64,000 nucleotides of DNA from Haliotis rufescens. Its lineage: Eukaryota. Each line of letters begins with the position of its first letter. Position 1 is the stretch's first letter. A model generated the notes under the pieces. It searched no databases and was not told where the DNA came from. It saw only the letters and a program-made list of their open reading frames with translations. The stretch spans positions 3,038,001 through 3,102,000 of the forward strand of contig NW_025964112.1 of the NCBI RefSeq assembly GCF_023055435.1. The letters run 5' to 3'. The position numbers and the translations under genes were made by a program. This document shows positions 39,465-53,393 of this stretch, piece after piece.

Positions 39465-41030
39465 AGCAAATGTTGCTTGGGACCTATTCCCACCCGGAAT
39501 CCCCACAGCGAGACAAGCATAGGTTGCTAAGGGTATATTCCCTCCCGGAATCCCCAAAGCGAGACAAGCGTAGGTTGCTAAGGGTATATTCTAAACCGGA
39601 ATTCCCACAGCCAGACAAGCATAGGCTGCTAAGGGTATACTCTAACCCGAATTCCCCACAGCGTAATAAGCATAGGTTGCTAAGGGTATATTCTCACCCG
39701 GAATCACCACAGTGAGAAAAGCATAGGCTGCTAAGGGTATATTCTAGCCCGGAATCCCCACAGCGTAATAAGCATAGGTTGCTAAGGGTATATTCTAATC
39801 CGGAATCCCCTCAGCATAATTAGCATAGGTTGCTAAGGGTATATTCTAACCCGGAATCCCCACAGCGAGACACACAAATGCTGCTAAGGGTATATTCTAA
39901 CCTGAATTCCCCATAGCGTGACAAGCATACGTTGCTAAGGGTATATTCTAACCCGGAATCCCCACAGCAAGACAAGCAAATGCTGCTAGGGGTATATTCT
40001 AACCCGAAATCACCACAGCGAGACAAGCATTGGTTGCTAAGGGAATATTCTAACCCGGAATCCCCACAGCGAGACAAGCAAATGCTGCTAAGGGTATATT
40101 CTAACCCAGAATCCCCACAGCGAGACACACAAATGCTGCTAAGGGTATATTCTAATCCGGAATCACCTCAGCGAGACAAGCATAGGCTGCTAAGGGTATA
40201 TTCTAACCCGGAATCCCCACAGCGAGACAAGCATAGGCTGCTAAGGGTATATTCTAACCCGGAATCACCACAGCGAGACAAGCAAATGCTGCTAAGGGTA
40301 TATTCTAACCCAGAATCCCCACAGCGAGACAAGCATAGGCTGCTAAGGGTATATTCTAACCCGGAATCACCACAGCGAGACAAGCAAATGCTGCTAAGGG
40401 AATATTCTAACCCGGAATCCCCACAGCGAGACAAGCATAGGTTGCTAAGGGTATATTCTAACCCGAAATCCCCAAAGCGAGACAAGCAAAATTTTCTTTA
40501 ATGCTGCTAGGGGTATATTCTAACCCGGAATCACCACAGCGAGACAAGCAAATGCTGCTAAGGGTATATTCTAACCCGGAATCCCCACAGCGAGACAAGC
40601 ATAGGTTGCTAAGGGTATATTCTCACCCGGAATCCCCACGGCGAGACAAGCAAATGCTGCTAAGGGTATATTCTAACCCGGAATCCCCACAGCGAGACAA
40701 GCAAATGCTGCTAAGGGTATATTCTAACCCGGAATCCCCACAGCGAGACAAGCAAATGCTGCTAAGGGAATATTCTAACCCGGAATCCCCACAGCGAGAC
40801 AAGCATAGGCTGCTAAGGGTATATTCTCACCCGGAATCCCCACAGCGAGACAAGCAAATGCTGCTAAGGGAATATTCTAACCCGGAATCCCCACAGCGAG
40901 ACAAGCATAGGTTGCTAAGGGTATATTCTCACCCGGAATCCCCACGGCGAGACAAGCAAATGCTGCTAAGGGAATATTCTAACCCGGAATCCCCACAGCG
41001 AGACAAGCATAGGCTGCTAAGGGTATATTC
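39465..41030. repeat. 51-bp minisatellite derived from the SINE family B head
   Basis: Unit GACAAGCATAGGTTGCTAAGGGTATATTCTAACCCGGAATCCCCACAGCGA aligns to the minus-strand SINE B head; preceded by the SINE B body/tail at 39360-39450. Confidence 0.9.
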
Positions 41031-41364
41031 TATATTTCATGTAGGGCACCCAGACGTTGGATGACAGCTGGCAGATGACAGATGACTTGACCCAGTCCGA
41101 AAGACATCCTCTGTACGTCCACACCGAGTTCAAGCCTAATTTCCGACCATAATGCATTAGGGGGTGGTCACGTGACCCTTTTTGTAAACCATACCATGTG
41201 TTATAGATATATGGAAAGGTTTTGGAAATGTGCATTGGAAAGTATCACCGAATTAAATCAAAGCCACCAGAAATAACTTTATTAAAGTCCACGTGCATAC
41301 ATTATGCTGGCCGAAGAGTGCGCAGACCATTTCCTCAAGTTCCAAATATATGTATCATAGGCAG

Positions 41365-42079
41365 TTTGTATATATTTTATATATGTTTTATATATTCCCT
41401 GAGTTAAGTAGGTTATATATATATATGTTCCCTAAGTAGGATATATATATATATATATATTCCCTGAATTAAGTAAGTTATATATATGTGTTATATATTC
41501 CCTGAGCTAAGTAAGACTGTCTTATATATTCCCTGAATTAAGTTATATATATATATACATATTCCCTGAATTAAGTAAGTTATATATATGTCTTATATAT
41601 TCCCTGAGTTAAGTAAGACTATGTCTTATATATTCCCTGAATTAAGTAAGTTATATATATATATATATATATATATTCCCTGAATTAAGTAAGTTATATA
41701 TATATATGTCTTATATATTCCCTGAGTTAAGTAAGACTATGTCTTATATATTCCCTGAATTAAGTAAGTTATATATATATATATATATTCCCTGAATTAA
41801 GTAAGTTATATATATGTCTTTTATATTACCTGAGTTAAGAAAGACTGTCTTATATATTCCCTGAATTAAGTTATATATATATATATATTCCCTGAATTAA
41901 GTAAGTTATATATATGTCTTATATATTCCCTGAGTTAAGTAAGACTATGTCTTATATATTCCCTGAATTAAGTAAGTTTTATATATATATATTCCCTGAA
42001 TTAAGTAAGTTATATATATGTCTTATATATTCCGAGTTAAGTAAGACTATGTCTTATATATTCCCTGAATTAAGTATGT

Positions 42080-42110
<31 letters not shown>

Positions 42111-43040
42111 CCTGAATTAAGTAAGTTATATATATGTCTTATATATTCCCTGAGTTAATTAAGACTATGTCTTATATATTCCCTGAATTAAGTAAGATAT
42201 ATATATATATATATATTCCCTGAATTAAGTAAGTTATATATATGTCTTATATATTCCCTGAGTTAAGTAAGACTATGTCTTATATATTCCCTGAATTAAG
42301 TAAGTTATATATATATATATATTCCCTGAATTAAGTAAGTTATATATATGTCTTATATATTCCCTGAGTTAAGTAAGACTATGTCTTATATATTCCCTGA
42401 ATTAAGTAAGTTATATATTTATATATATATTCCCTGAATTAAGTAAGTTATATATATGTCTTTTATATTACCTGAGTTAAGTAAGACTATGTCTTATATA
42501 TTCCCTGAATTAAGTTATATATATATATATATATTCCCTGAATTAAGTAAGTTATATATATGTCTTATATATTCCCTGAGTTAAGTAAGACTATGCCTTA
42601 TATATTCCCTGAATTAAGTAAGTTATATATATATATATATTCCCTGAATTAAGTAAGTTATATATATGTCTTATATTTTCCGAGTTAAGTAAGACTATGT
42701 CTTATATATTCCCTGAATTAAGTATGTTATATATATATATATATATATATATTCCCTGAATTAAGTAAGTTATATATATGTCTTATATATTCCGAGTTAA
42801 GTAAGACTATGTCTTATATATTCCCTGAATTAAGTTATATATATATATATATTCCCTGAATTAAGTAAGTTATATATATGTCTTATATATTCCCTGAGTT
42901 AAGTAAGACTATGTCTTATATATTCCCTGAATTAAGTTATATATATTAATATATTCCCTGAATTAAGTAAGTTATATATATATATATGTCTTATATATTC
43001 ATTGAGTTAAGTAAGTTATGTATTATGTATTATATATTCC
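41365..43040. repeat. AT-rich compound minisatellite
   Basis: Alternating TTCCCTGAATTAAGTAAGT(TA)n and TTCCCTGAGTTAAGTAAGACTATGTC subunits. Confidence 0.95.
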
Positions 43041-43449
43041 CTCGTGATACATGTTTGAGATACTTAGGTATAAGCACTAGGACTGCGTACCAGAAGCTAG
43101 TGTTTTGAATTTTAAGAGATTTGTGTGTATTTCCGACACGACTCTAATTTTCATTTTTTCAACATATCTTCCCGGCTGTCCTGTGGGTATTGAAAAGGTT
43201 CATAATATCTTTTGGACAATAGAAACCCAGATACCAAGTTTAAAATAATTAGAAAATACGATTATGGCGAGTCATCATCTACGATGGAAATTCATTGATG
43301 TTTGTGAAACCGGAAGTAGAACGGAACACGGACATACAAGGGAGTTGTACTGTATTTCAACATTTGCTTTAAGTTTTAGTTTCCTTGTGTTGTGGTTGAC
43401 TGTTCATCAGTTATTTGTGTCAGTTACCTTACAGCTCAACCGCGCTTTT

Positions 43450-45885
43450 GTAGATGTAGTGTTGTTGATGTAGTGTTGTAGATGTAGTGTTGTTGATGTA
43501 GTGTTGTAGATGTAGTGTTAGAGATATAGTGTTGGTGACATGGTGTTCAGGATACAGTGTTGGTGATATGGTGTTAGTGATGTAATGATAGTCCGTTGAT
43601 GATTATAGTGTTGGTGATATGGTGTTGTTGATGTGGTGTTAGTGATGTAATGATAGTCCGTTAATGATATAGTGTTGTTGATATAGTGTTGTTGATGTGG
43701 TGTTCGCGATGTAATGATAGTCCGTTAATGATTATAGTGTTGGTGATATGGTGTTGTTGATGTGGTGTTAGCGATGTAATGATAGTCCGTTAATGATATA
43801 GTGTTGGTGATATGGTGTTAGCGATGTAATGGTAGTCCATTGATGATTATAGTGTTGGTGATATGGTGTTAGTGATGTAATGATAGTCCGTTGATGATTA
43901 TAGTGTTGGTGATATGGTGTTGTTGATGTGGTGTTAGCGATGTAATGATAGTCCGTTGATGATTATAGTGTTGGTGATATGGTGTTGTTGATGTGGTGTT
44001 AGCGATGTAATGATAGTCCGTTGATGATATAGTGTTGTTGATATGGTGTTAGCGATGTAATGATAGTCCGTTGATGATATAGTGTTGGTAATATGGTGTT
44101 AGCGATGTAATGGTAGTCCGTTGATGATTATAGTGTTGGTGATATGGTGTTAGCGATGTAATGATAGTCCGTTGATGATTATAGTGTTGGTGATATGGTG
44201 TTGTTGATGTGGTGTTAGCGATGTAATGGTAGTCCGTTGATGATATAGTGTTGGTGATATGGTGTTAGCGATGTAATGGTAGTCCGTTGATGATTATAGT
44301 GTTGGTAATATGGTGTTAGCGATGTAATGGTAGTCCGTTGATGATATAGTGTTGGTGATATGGTGTTAGCGATGTAATGGTAGTCCGTTGATGATTATAG
44401 TGTTGGTGATATGGTGTTAGTGATGTAATGATAGTCCGTTGATGATTATAGTGTTGGTGATATGGTGTTGTTGATGTGGTGTTAGCGATGTAATGATAGT
44501 CCGTTGATGATTATAGTGTTGGTGATATGGTGTTGTTGATGTGGTGTTAGCGATGTAATGATAGTCCGTTGATGATATAGTGTTGTTGATATGGTGTTAG
44601 CGATGTAATGATAGTCCGTTGATGATATAGTGTTGGTAATATGATGTTAGCGATGTAATGGTAGTCCGTTGATGATTATAGTGTTGGTGATATGGTGTTA
44701 GCGATGTAATGATAGTCCGTTGATGATTATAGTGTTGGTGATATGGTGTTGTTGATGTGGTGTTAGCGATGTAATGGTAGTCCGTTGATGATATAGTGTT
44801 GGTGATATGGTGTTAGCGATGTAATGGTAGTCCGTTGATGATTATAGTGTTGGTAATATGGTGTTAGCGATGTAATGGTAGTCCGTTGATGATATAGTGT
44901 TGGTGATATGGTGTTAGCGATGTAATGGTAGTCCGTTGATGATTATAGTGTTGGTGATATGGTGTTAGTGATGTAATGATAGTCCGTTGATGATTATAGT
45001 GTTGGTGATATGGTGTTGTTGATGTGGTGTTAGCGATGTAATGATAGTCCGTTGATGATTATAGTGTTGGTGATATGGTGTTGTTGATGTGGTGTCAGCG
45101 ATGTAATGATAGTCCGTTGATGATATAGTGTTGTTGATATGGTGTTAGCGATGTAATGATAGTCCGTTGATGATATAGTGTTGGTAATATGGTGTTAGCG
45201 ATGTAATGATAGTCCGTTGATGATATAGTGTTGTTGATGTGGTGTTAGCGATGTAATGATAGTCCGTTGATGATATAGTGTTGGTGATATTGTGTTGTTG
45301 ATGTGGTGTTAGTGATGTAATGATAGTCCGTTGATGATATAGTGTTGTTGATATGGTGTTAGCGATGTAATGGTAGTCCGTTGATGATATAATGTTGGTA
45401 ATATGGTGTTAGCGATGTAATGATAGTCCGTTGATGATATAGTGTTGTTGATATGGTGTTAGCGATGTAATGATAGTCCGTTGATGATATAGTGTTGTTG
45501 ATATGGTGTTAGCGATGTAATGATAGTCCGTTGATGATATAGTGTTGGTAATATGGTGTTAGCGATGTAATGATAGTCCGTTGATGATATAGTGTTGTTG
45601 ATGTGGTGTTAGCGATGTAATGATAGTCCGTTGATGATATAGTGTTGGTGATATTGTGTTGTTGATGTGGTGTTAGCGATGTAATGATAGTCCGTTGATG
45701 ATATAGTGTTGTTGATATGGTGTTAGCGATGTAATGGTAGTCCGTTGATGATATAATGTTGGTAATATGGTGTTAGCGATGTAATGATAGTCCGTTGATG
45801 ATATAGTGTTGGTGATATGGTGTTTGCGATGTAATGATAGTCCGTTGATGATATAGTGTTGTTGATATGGTGTTGGTGATATGGT
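43450..45885. repeat. GT-rich ~50/64-bp compound minisatellite
   Basis: GTGTTAGCGATGTAATGATAGTCCGTTGATGATATA plus 1-2 GTGTTG(G/T)TGAT(A/G)TG subunits. Confidence 0.95.
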
Positions 45886-45891
45886 ATGGGT

Positions 45892-46158
45892 CACCCGCGG
45901 AGATCCGGGGTAGAATAGGTCTTCAGCATCCCGCGCTTGTCGCACGTAAGATGCAACTGTGCTTGTCGTAAAAAGCGATTAACGGGATTGGGTGATCAGA
46001 CTCGCTGACTTGGTCATCGTATCCTAATTGCGTGGCTCGGTACTCATGATATCAATCACTGGATTGTCTGGTCCAGACTCGATTATTTACAGACCACCGT
46101 CATATAGCTAGAATATAGCTGAGTGCGGCGTTAAACAACAAACAAACAAACAAAACCA
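45892..46158 (+). mobile_element. SINE family B, full length
   Basis: Colinear with 6174-6436; (CAAA)n tail. Confidence 0.9.
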
Positions 46159-46209
46159 ATATAGTATTGGTGATATAGTGCTGATGATATATCATTGGTC
46201 ATTTATCCG

Positions 46210-46828
46210 TCTAATCCATCTCTTGTATATACGTGCAGTCAAGGTTCATCCGTCTCTTGTATATACGTGCAGTCAAGGTCTAATCCGTCTCTTGAATATA
46301 CGTACAATCAAGGTCTAATCCGTCTCTTGTATATGCGTACAGTCAAGGTCTAATCCGTCTCCTGTATATACGTACAGTCAAGGTATAATCAATCTTTTGT
46401 ATATACGCACAATCAAGGTCTAATCCGTCTCTTGTATATACGTACAGTCAAGGTCTAATCCGTCGCTTGTATATACGTACAATCAAGGTCCAATCCGTAC
46501 AATCAAGGTCTAATCCATCTCTTGTATATACGTACAGTCAAGGTCTAATCGGTCTCTTGTATTTACGTGCAGTCAAGGTCTAATCCGTCTCGTATATACG
46601 TACAATCAAGGTCTAATCCGTCTCTTGTATATACGTACAGTCAAGGTCTAATCCATCTCTTGTATATACGTGCAGTCAAGGTCTAATCCGTCTCTTGTAT
46701 ATACGTACAGTCAAGGTCTAATCCGTCTCTTGTATATACATACAGTCAAGGTCTAATCCGTATCTTGTATATACGTACAGTCAAGGTCTAATCCGTCTCT
46801 TGTATATACTTGCAGTCTAGGTCTAATC
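46210..46828. repeat. 35-bp minisatellite
   Basis: Unit GTCTAATCCGTCTCTTGTATATACGTACAGTCAAG. Confidence 0.95.
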
Positions 46829-46857
46829 TCACCTACCCTTCCTGTGTCTGTGTACAG

Positions 46858-46888
46858 TCTAGAGCAGAGCTGTCGAGGATGAAGCAAT
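46858..46888 (+). CDS. Candidate 31-nt exon (SRAELSRMKQ)
   Basis: CTAAT...CCCTTCCTGTGTCTGTGTACAG acceptor, AAT|GTATGT donor, single open frame in phase 0. Confidence 0.3.
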
Positions 46889-47689
46889 GTATGTATGTGC
46901 CTCTGTAAGTCTATACCTGGGTCCTGTACCTTACGTGTACGTCGAATCTACGGTCAAGTATTTGCTCACAGTCAACGGTTATCAATCATTTACTGACGAT
47001 TTCTCATGTTTTGTGTCCTAAAGCGGTGACATCCCGTGGAATTCGTAAATAAGAAATGCATGTCCTGAATTGAACTTTCACATGGCACACAATGTGACGG
47101 GAGGAAACACGCCTTACAAAATGCCTTTCGTCAACTGATATGCCGGAAACCGGTCGCGACCTGCCGGAAACCGTTTTACGACAATAGCTAGAGATAAGCT
47201 TTGTGTTTTTGTGTCGCACAGTCCGTATTATAATAGTCTTGTGTGTATCACGCGGGTATTTATACTTAAGTAAATTATCAGCAACTGCTAAAAAAGATAC
47301 TGTGATGACATTCTGTTTGCACTAACCTTTCAACGAATCTTGTAACTATGACTATTCTTTGTTTCACACGTTCACCACAATATGAAGGGATCGATATTAG
47401 TATAAACCAGAAACTGAATTATGAATCAGAATATACCTTCTTGCAGCTAGAGCGGAGAAGGTGTTTACGCCACAATCAGAATTAAACCAGCTATTTCACC
47501 GCAGTCTGTAAAGAATCGAGTCTGGGGTAAGCGAACCAGTGATTGATAGCACGAACAACGACCAACGCCATCGGATTAGTTGCCCCACAACCGTAGCCAT
47601 ATATACCTGATCGGATGTTATGTTTTATTGTTTGTGTATAACATGTGACACTATGATAAACATTACCCCCCCCCCACACACACACACAC

Positions 47690-48698
47690 ACCCCCTTCCC
47701 TCTCTGTCTCTCCCTCTGGCTCTCTCTCCCTCCCTCTCTCTCTGATTTTCCCTCTCCTATCTGACCCTCCCTCTCTCACTGCCCCCCCCCCCCCCCCCGT
47801 CTCTGTCTCTCCCTCTCTGTGTCTCTCTCTCCCCCTCTCTGTCTGTGTCTCTCTCTCCATCTGTCTGTCTCTCTATCTCTCCTCTGTGTCTCTCTCCACC
47901 TCTCTCCTATCTGACCCTCCCTCTCTNNNNNNNNNNNNNNNNNNNNNNNNNNNNNNNNNNNNNNNNNNNNNNNNNNNNNNNNNNNNNNNNNNNNNNNNNN
48001 NNNNNNNNNNNNNNNNNNNNNNNNNNNNNNNNNNNNNNNNNNNNNNNNNNNNNNNNNNNNNNNNCCCTCTCTCACNNNNNNNNNNNNNNNNNNNNNNNNN
48101 NNNNNNNNNNNNNNNNNNNNNNNNNNNNNNNNNNNNNNNNNNNNNNNNNNNNNNNNNNNNNNNNNNNNNNNNNNNNNNNNNNNNNNNNNNNNNNNNNNNN
48201 NNNNNNNNNNNNNNNNNNNNCCTCTCTCACTGTCTCCCCTCCCTGTCTCTGTCTCTCCCTCTCTGTGTCTCTCTCCCTCTCTCTCTCCCCTCTCTCTCTG
48301 ATTTTCCCACTCCTATCTGACCCTCCCTCTCTCACTGTCTCCCTTCCCTGTCTCTGTCTCTCCCTCTCTGTCTCTCTCTCTCTCCCTCTCTCTCTGTCTC
48401 TCTCTCTGATTTTCCCTCTCCTATCTGACCCTCCCTCTCTCACTGTCTCCCTTCCCTGTCTCTGTCTCTCCCTCTCTGTGTCTCTCTCTCTCCCTCTCTC
48501 TCTGTCTCTCTCTCTGATTTTCCCTCTCCTATCTGAACCTCCCTCTCTCACTGTCTCCCTTCCCTGTCTCTGTCTCTCCCTCTCTGTGTCTCTCTCTCTC
48601 CCTCTCTCTCTGTCTCTCTCTCTGATTTTCCCTCTCCTATCTGACCCTCCCTCTCTCACTGTCTCCCTTCCCTGTCTCTGTCTCTCACTCTCTCTCTC
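47690..48698. repeat. CT-rich 108-bp tandem repeat with gaps
   Basis: CTATCTGA(C/A)CC at 48313, 48421, 48529 and 48637. Confidence 0.9.
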
Positions 48699-50165
48699 TG
48701 TGGCCCTCTATCGCTCACTAAGATTAGGCAAAGATAAAACTCCAAACTACATTTCACTTCGTGCATGTTTACTGAAACCTGCGACACAGCCAGTTTTTGT
48801 CACATGCTTAAGAAATGACATAATTATGTATAATGCATTGTCTAGTTTAATATAGCCCCGCCTGTTTGGTTGTATGAGCTAGGACATATCAAAGCCAGAG
48901 GGATTTAAGATACAAAGACAGACACATTCACGGTTAAACACAAGAAATACGATATATCAGTGTTGTATGGAATTATGCTGAGTCCTAATTATTCAATATG
49001 TGTAATACGAATGACTTGTGTGCAGTACAGGTTGTGATGTACTGTGTGATATATGACACTCTTTATATGCTGTCTCTTCTGCAATGTGCTAAAGTAAGTG
49101 ATAATTAGTTTTATTGATCAAGTTCGCAACACGAGACAGGAATGTCGCCTTGATATCTTTTACAACCACTGACTCATCCTACAAAGTAAAGGTTATCGGC
49201 AACAACATTACTTATGTATATACATCCGTGTTCGCCGCTTGTGTTTGTGTCGCAGCACATTTGTTTTCACTTAAAAAATGGAATTGACGAAACAATTACA
49301 AACGTTATCGAAACATTACTAAGCTGAAAATAGCCGCCGAAACACTTAAAAATGTTAGGTCCAAAACACAACTGTGATACCCGTAAAAATACATCACCAT
49401 GTAATAACCATTTATTGTTTGTTTCATTTTTCGCTACCATTTAGCACAGGTGTTTTCATTCTTGTGCCTGGCTGTTTGTATATATGCCAAAACTTCAAGC
49501 ACGGTCCTGAAAGTGGCCCATCGGAATAACAGTGTCCGGACTCGGGGGGTTAAACTGTAGTGTGCTTAGAAGACTTTCACGACTTACACTACTAAGGAGA
49601 CTAAATGCTACATGAAATGGAATTCTTACTCCATTTGTACTGCTGGCATGAAAAACCGTTTCTCTATTATTTGCACTTAGGGTAAGAATGTTATAAAACT
49701 ATATACTCTAGCGGGGTGAAACTTAGGTTATGCTTGGAATCAAGTTGCAGGAGATTGATGGGAATTCTTTGAAATTAGGCATCCATGTTGTCATGTATGG
49801 GTGTCTGATCAGCTGTGTGTAAACAGAGGTGTTTCTTTTCATCAATCAATATTTAACTGATATCACACCGCGCCATATGGCCATGTTTAGTACTCACGCA
49901 CTTAGCCTTGCTCCAAATCTGTACTGAAAGAAAAGTCAATGGATGTGTAGTGATTCTACCCTCCTAAAACAAAAGAGTTGAACTTCCATCTTACTGTGCA
50001 ATGTTATACATCTCCGTGCTGTTGAAAATGACAACGTCGCGTTCTCTGAATTTCGTTACCATCTAAGCACACGAGCGTCAAACAAATGTAAGTTTACTAA
50101 ACTCTTGAGCAGTTTGTACATATAACAGTAGTCTGTCTTACAGACCCTGATACAAATATATATCA

Positions 50166-50332
50166 AATACAGCCCATGCAAGTCTATAATGTTTGGCAAG
50201 TCTAGATCACTGCAGTATCAGTGAAAATGAAGAGAGTCACTTGGCTCCTTTTTATTATATTTTTATTAAGATAACTGAACAACTGTTTTTTTATGTACGA
50301 TATGTTCATTTCAGAGACTAGATGTTAGTCTA
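50166..50332 (+). repeat. Dispersed repeat, second copy at ~60952-61112
   Basis: AATACAGCCCATGCAAGTC...GGCAAGTCTAGAT...TATGTTCATTTCAGAGACTAG..GTTAGTCTA shared. Confidence 0.85.
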
Positions 50333-50707
50333 CATATAACAGCATCACCTCATTTTTACGCCTTTATTATAGGTCCGATTTGGGTCAAATTTGGATTAAA
50401 AAAGAATATATCGCTATTTATTATCCGATAATTTTTTCCCACATTATAGTGAAGTACCTGACATAGTTCCAACTTAACGACCTCTTCGCAACTCAGTGAC
50501 CTCCCGCGTTATCGTTTACATGCTATCATGGAAGCTTTTAACAGTGTTCCAGTTATATCGCGGCGTGTCAGCTTAATGTGGGGGGAAAGTCCGAAGTGAT
50601 GCAGGTCTCAGACCCATCGAGCACGGAGTATGGTGCTGACAAACATAGAAACATAATCGGGGCTAACCGGGATTCGAACCCACAATCATAGGATTACTGG
50701 CACTCAC

Positions 50708-50793
50708 AGCAGCACGACACTCAGCTCAACAAGGTCTGACATGGGACTGCACTCAGACGTGGAATAACCAGACACAGGCAAACCCTCACTGAT
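50708..50793 (-). CDS. Candidate 86-nt coding exon (ISEGLPVSGYSTSECSPMSDLVELSVVL)
   Basis: Minus strand TACTTGTACAG acceptor, CT|GTGAGT donor, only frame 0 open, GC-richer than flanks; protein not recognised. Confidence 0.4.
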
Positions 50794-51521
50794 CTGTACA
50801 AGTATATATGTAAAGTATATATGTAAAGTATATATGTAAAGTATATATGTAACAAAGGTTTTGTGGATCTGCTCTTCTTTCATGACCATGTCAATGTCCT
50901 CAGTACGTGAGGCGTCATGCTACATGCCCCGTCAACGTGATTATTCATTTCATGTAACAATTCGTGACGAAAGTGCTCAATTGGAGTGGGGTATCTGCAA
51001 AAACATAATTCAAGGGATAGACAAAGAACTGTCTGACGGATCAAATGTGTATGCATTTCACACCATTCAACCAGGGGGCTTTACGTCGGGTAGCATAAGT
51101 CGAGGTGTACTCAGAACGGGTCTCATTCTGTAAGGGCGATATACCTTTCGGTGTTGTAATCTGGTACAAGGGATAACCTCTCTACGGAATATAATGAAAC
51201 GTCCCTGTGATTAACGTTTAGAATATTCCCGACTGGTTACATATATTACATCCTTACAAATGATTGCATTGGCTCCGTTACCAAATTAAATACAATTATG
51301 TTATTGTGACTGTTATCTTTCCCCATTATACATATTAAGCCACGTACCCAAATTTAAAATTTCCAAAATATGCATTTGGATTTGTTATTATTTATATTAG
51401 GACCACATGCGTTACACATTTAACTTTCCCTAAAGGAAAAATCTCTAGATATTGTTAATATCTTCCTCCTACCATCTGACAAAAGAAACAAACAATCAGC
51501 CCTACTATAAATAAATTTGAT

Positions 51522-51787
51522 TTTGTTTGTTTGTTGTGTAACGCCGCACTCAGCAATATTCCAATTATATGACGGCGGTCTGGAAATAATCGAGTCTGGA
51601 CGAGACAATCCAGTGATTGACATCATGAGCATCGATCCACGCAATTGGGATACGATGACATGCATCAACCAAGTCAGCGAGTCTGACCACCCGATCCCGT
51701 TAGTCGCCTCTTACGACAAGCATAGCCGCCTTTTTACGGCAAGCATGGGTTGCTAAAGGCCTATTCTACCCAGGATCTTCACGGGTC
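51522..51787 (-). mobile_element. SINE family B, full length
   Basis: Reverse complement of 6174-6436. Confidence 0.92.
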
Positions 51788-52994
51788 ATATAGAATTTGA
51801 GATGATCTTAACAGATACTAGGCAGTTGTCATTCTCATAGAAACAGAGCCGTCAAAGGGTGGGGTGGGGTGGGGTGGGGTGGGGTGGGGGATAAACAGAT
51901 CTTGGTTCCTGTTCAAAGTTATCATTATTTTACACAAGGGTCTATGAACGGTTAAACCTAACGTTAAAGCTATATTTATAAGTTTTAGTGATGGATGTTA
52001 CAGCGAACGTAGCCTAAATGTTGGAAGCGTGCACGCCCTCTGCTCGTCAAACTTCCCACTGCACATGAGATGCAATACATGAACTAAACACGAGAAACAT
52101 GATAAACATGACACATTTGCCCAACAGGTAACATATAGCAAACACGCAAATAGCTGGTGATCAGACATGTTGTACGACCGCACGGGCGCATTTTCTACTC
52201 GTCACTTGCGAACAAGTTCTAAATATAAGACCTGGGTGTTTACACTGAGAAAGGGAGGATCGATTCTCCCATGTAAGGTTTAGGACTTAGGATCGTTGTA
52301 GCAGTAGGACTATCGCATATATATTTTAAAGTACGACTCTTACGGTCGTCTTAAGATCGCTTTACGGACCAGGGTTCTGTGGAACCTTTACAGGACTTAA
52401 AAAACGAGGTTAATTTGTTTTTCGTGTAACAAAATAAACGTAAAAAAGCTGAAATACCAGAGCAACTTTTAACTCTCGGAGCTTCCTTTCAGCTTGTTAG
52501 AAAATACTAATAAAAGATCGTCTTGTCGGTCTATTGGACAATCAGTCTTTAACAAGTGTTACATAGTCAGGTAATTCTTTCAATTTAGAATATAGTTTTC
52601 AGGTTTGAATCTGGTTCATTTAGTTACACCCTGCAAGTGGGAGCAGTTGTCTCACCGAGCGGTTAACGTGTGTATGTTTGACTAGTGACAATTACTCTGC
52701 CTGGTTATCTGAAGGAGGGTAGTGCCATGTGTACAGTCTGGGTCCATGGTACGAGTCTGATTGACCCAGTGGCACGAAGGCCCAGGGAGTTATGGCGCCG
52801 TCTCTGTCGCTTGTCACGGTGTAAGTAGGCTTGGCTGTACGTTGTCAACTGAGAGTCTGTTCTTATTTTTGTTGAAGAACACGGGAAACCTCTTTGCAAG
52901 ATCGTTTCTCCCACTAATAAGGTCAATGTCTATTTGATCGCGATGGTTCGCACCTGAAGATTTAGAGATGGCACGTCGTAAAATAAGGGCTGTG

Positions 52995-53393
52995 TGGTGC
53001 AATGTAAGCTCGCGACACTGCCTCCTAGATTCAGCTTGAGAACAATGTAAGCTCGCGACACTGCCTCCCAGAGTCAGCTTGAGAACCATGTAAGCTCGCG
53101 ACACTGCCTCCCAGATTCAGCTTGAGAACAGTGTAAGCTCGCGACACTGCCTCCCAGATTCAGCTTGAGAACAATGTAAGCTCGCGACACTGCCTCCCAG
53201 AATCAGCTTGGGAACAACGTAAGCTCGCGACAATGCCTCCCAGATTCAGCTTGAGAACAATGTAAGCTCGCGACACTGCCTCCCAGAATCAGCTTGAGAA
53301 CAGTGTAAGCTCGCGACACTGCCTCCCAGAATCAGCTTGGGAACAACGTTAGCTCGAGACATTGCCTTCGTCACTCGAGCTTACATTGCACCA
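52995..53393. mobile_element. TIR element filled with a 43-bp tandem array
   Basis: TGGTGCAATGTAAGCTCG (52995) and CGAGCTTACATTGCACCA (ends 53393) form an 18-bp perfect TIR; ~8 internal CAATGTAAGCTCGCGACACTGCCTCCCAGATTCAGCTTGAGAA units. Confidence 0.8.

Noticed and set aside
39932-41064. Repetitive LLRVYSNPESPQRDK proteins
   Set aside because: 51-bp satellite derived from a non-coding SINE head
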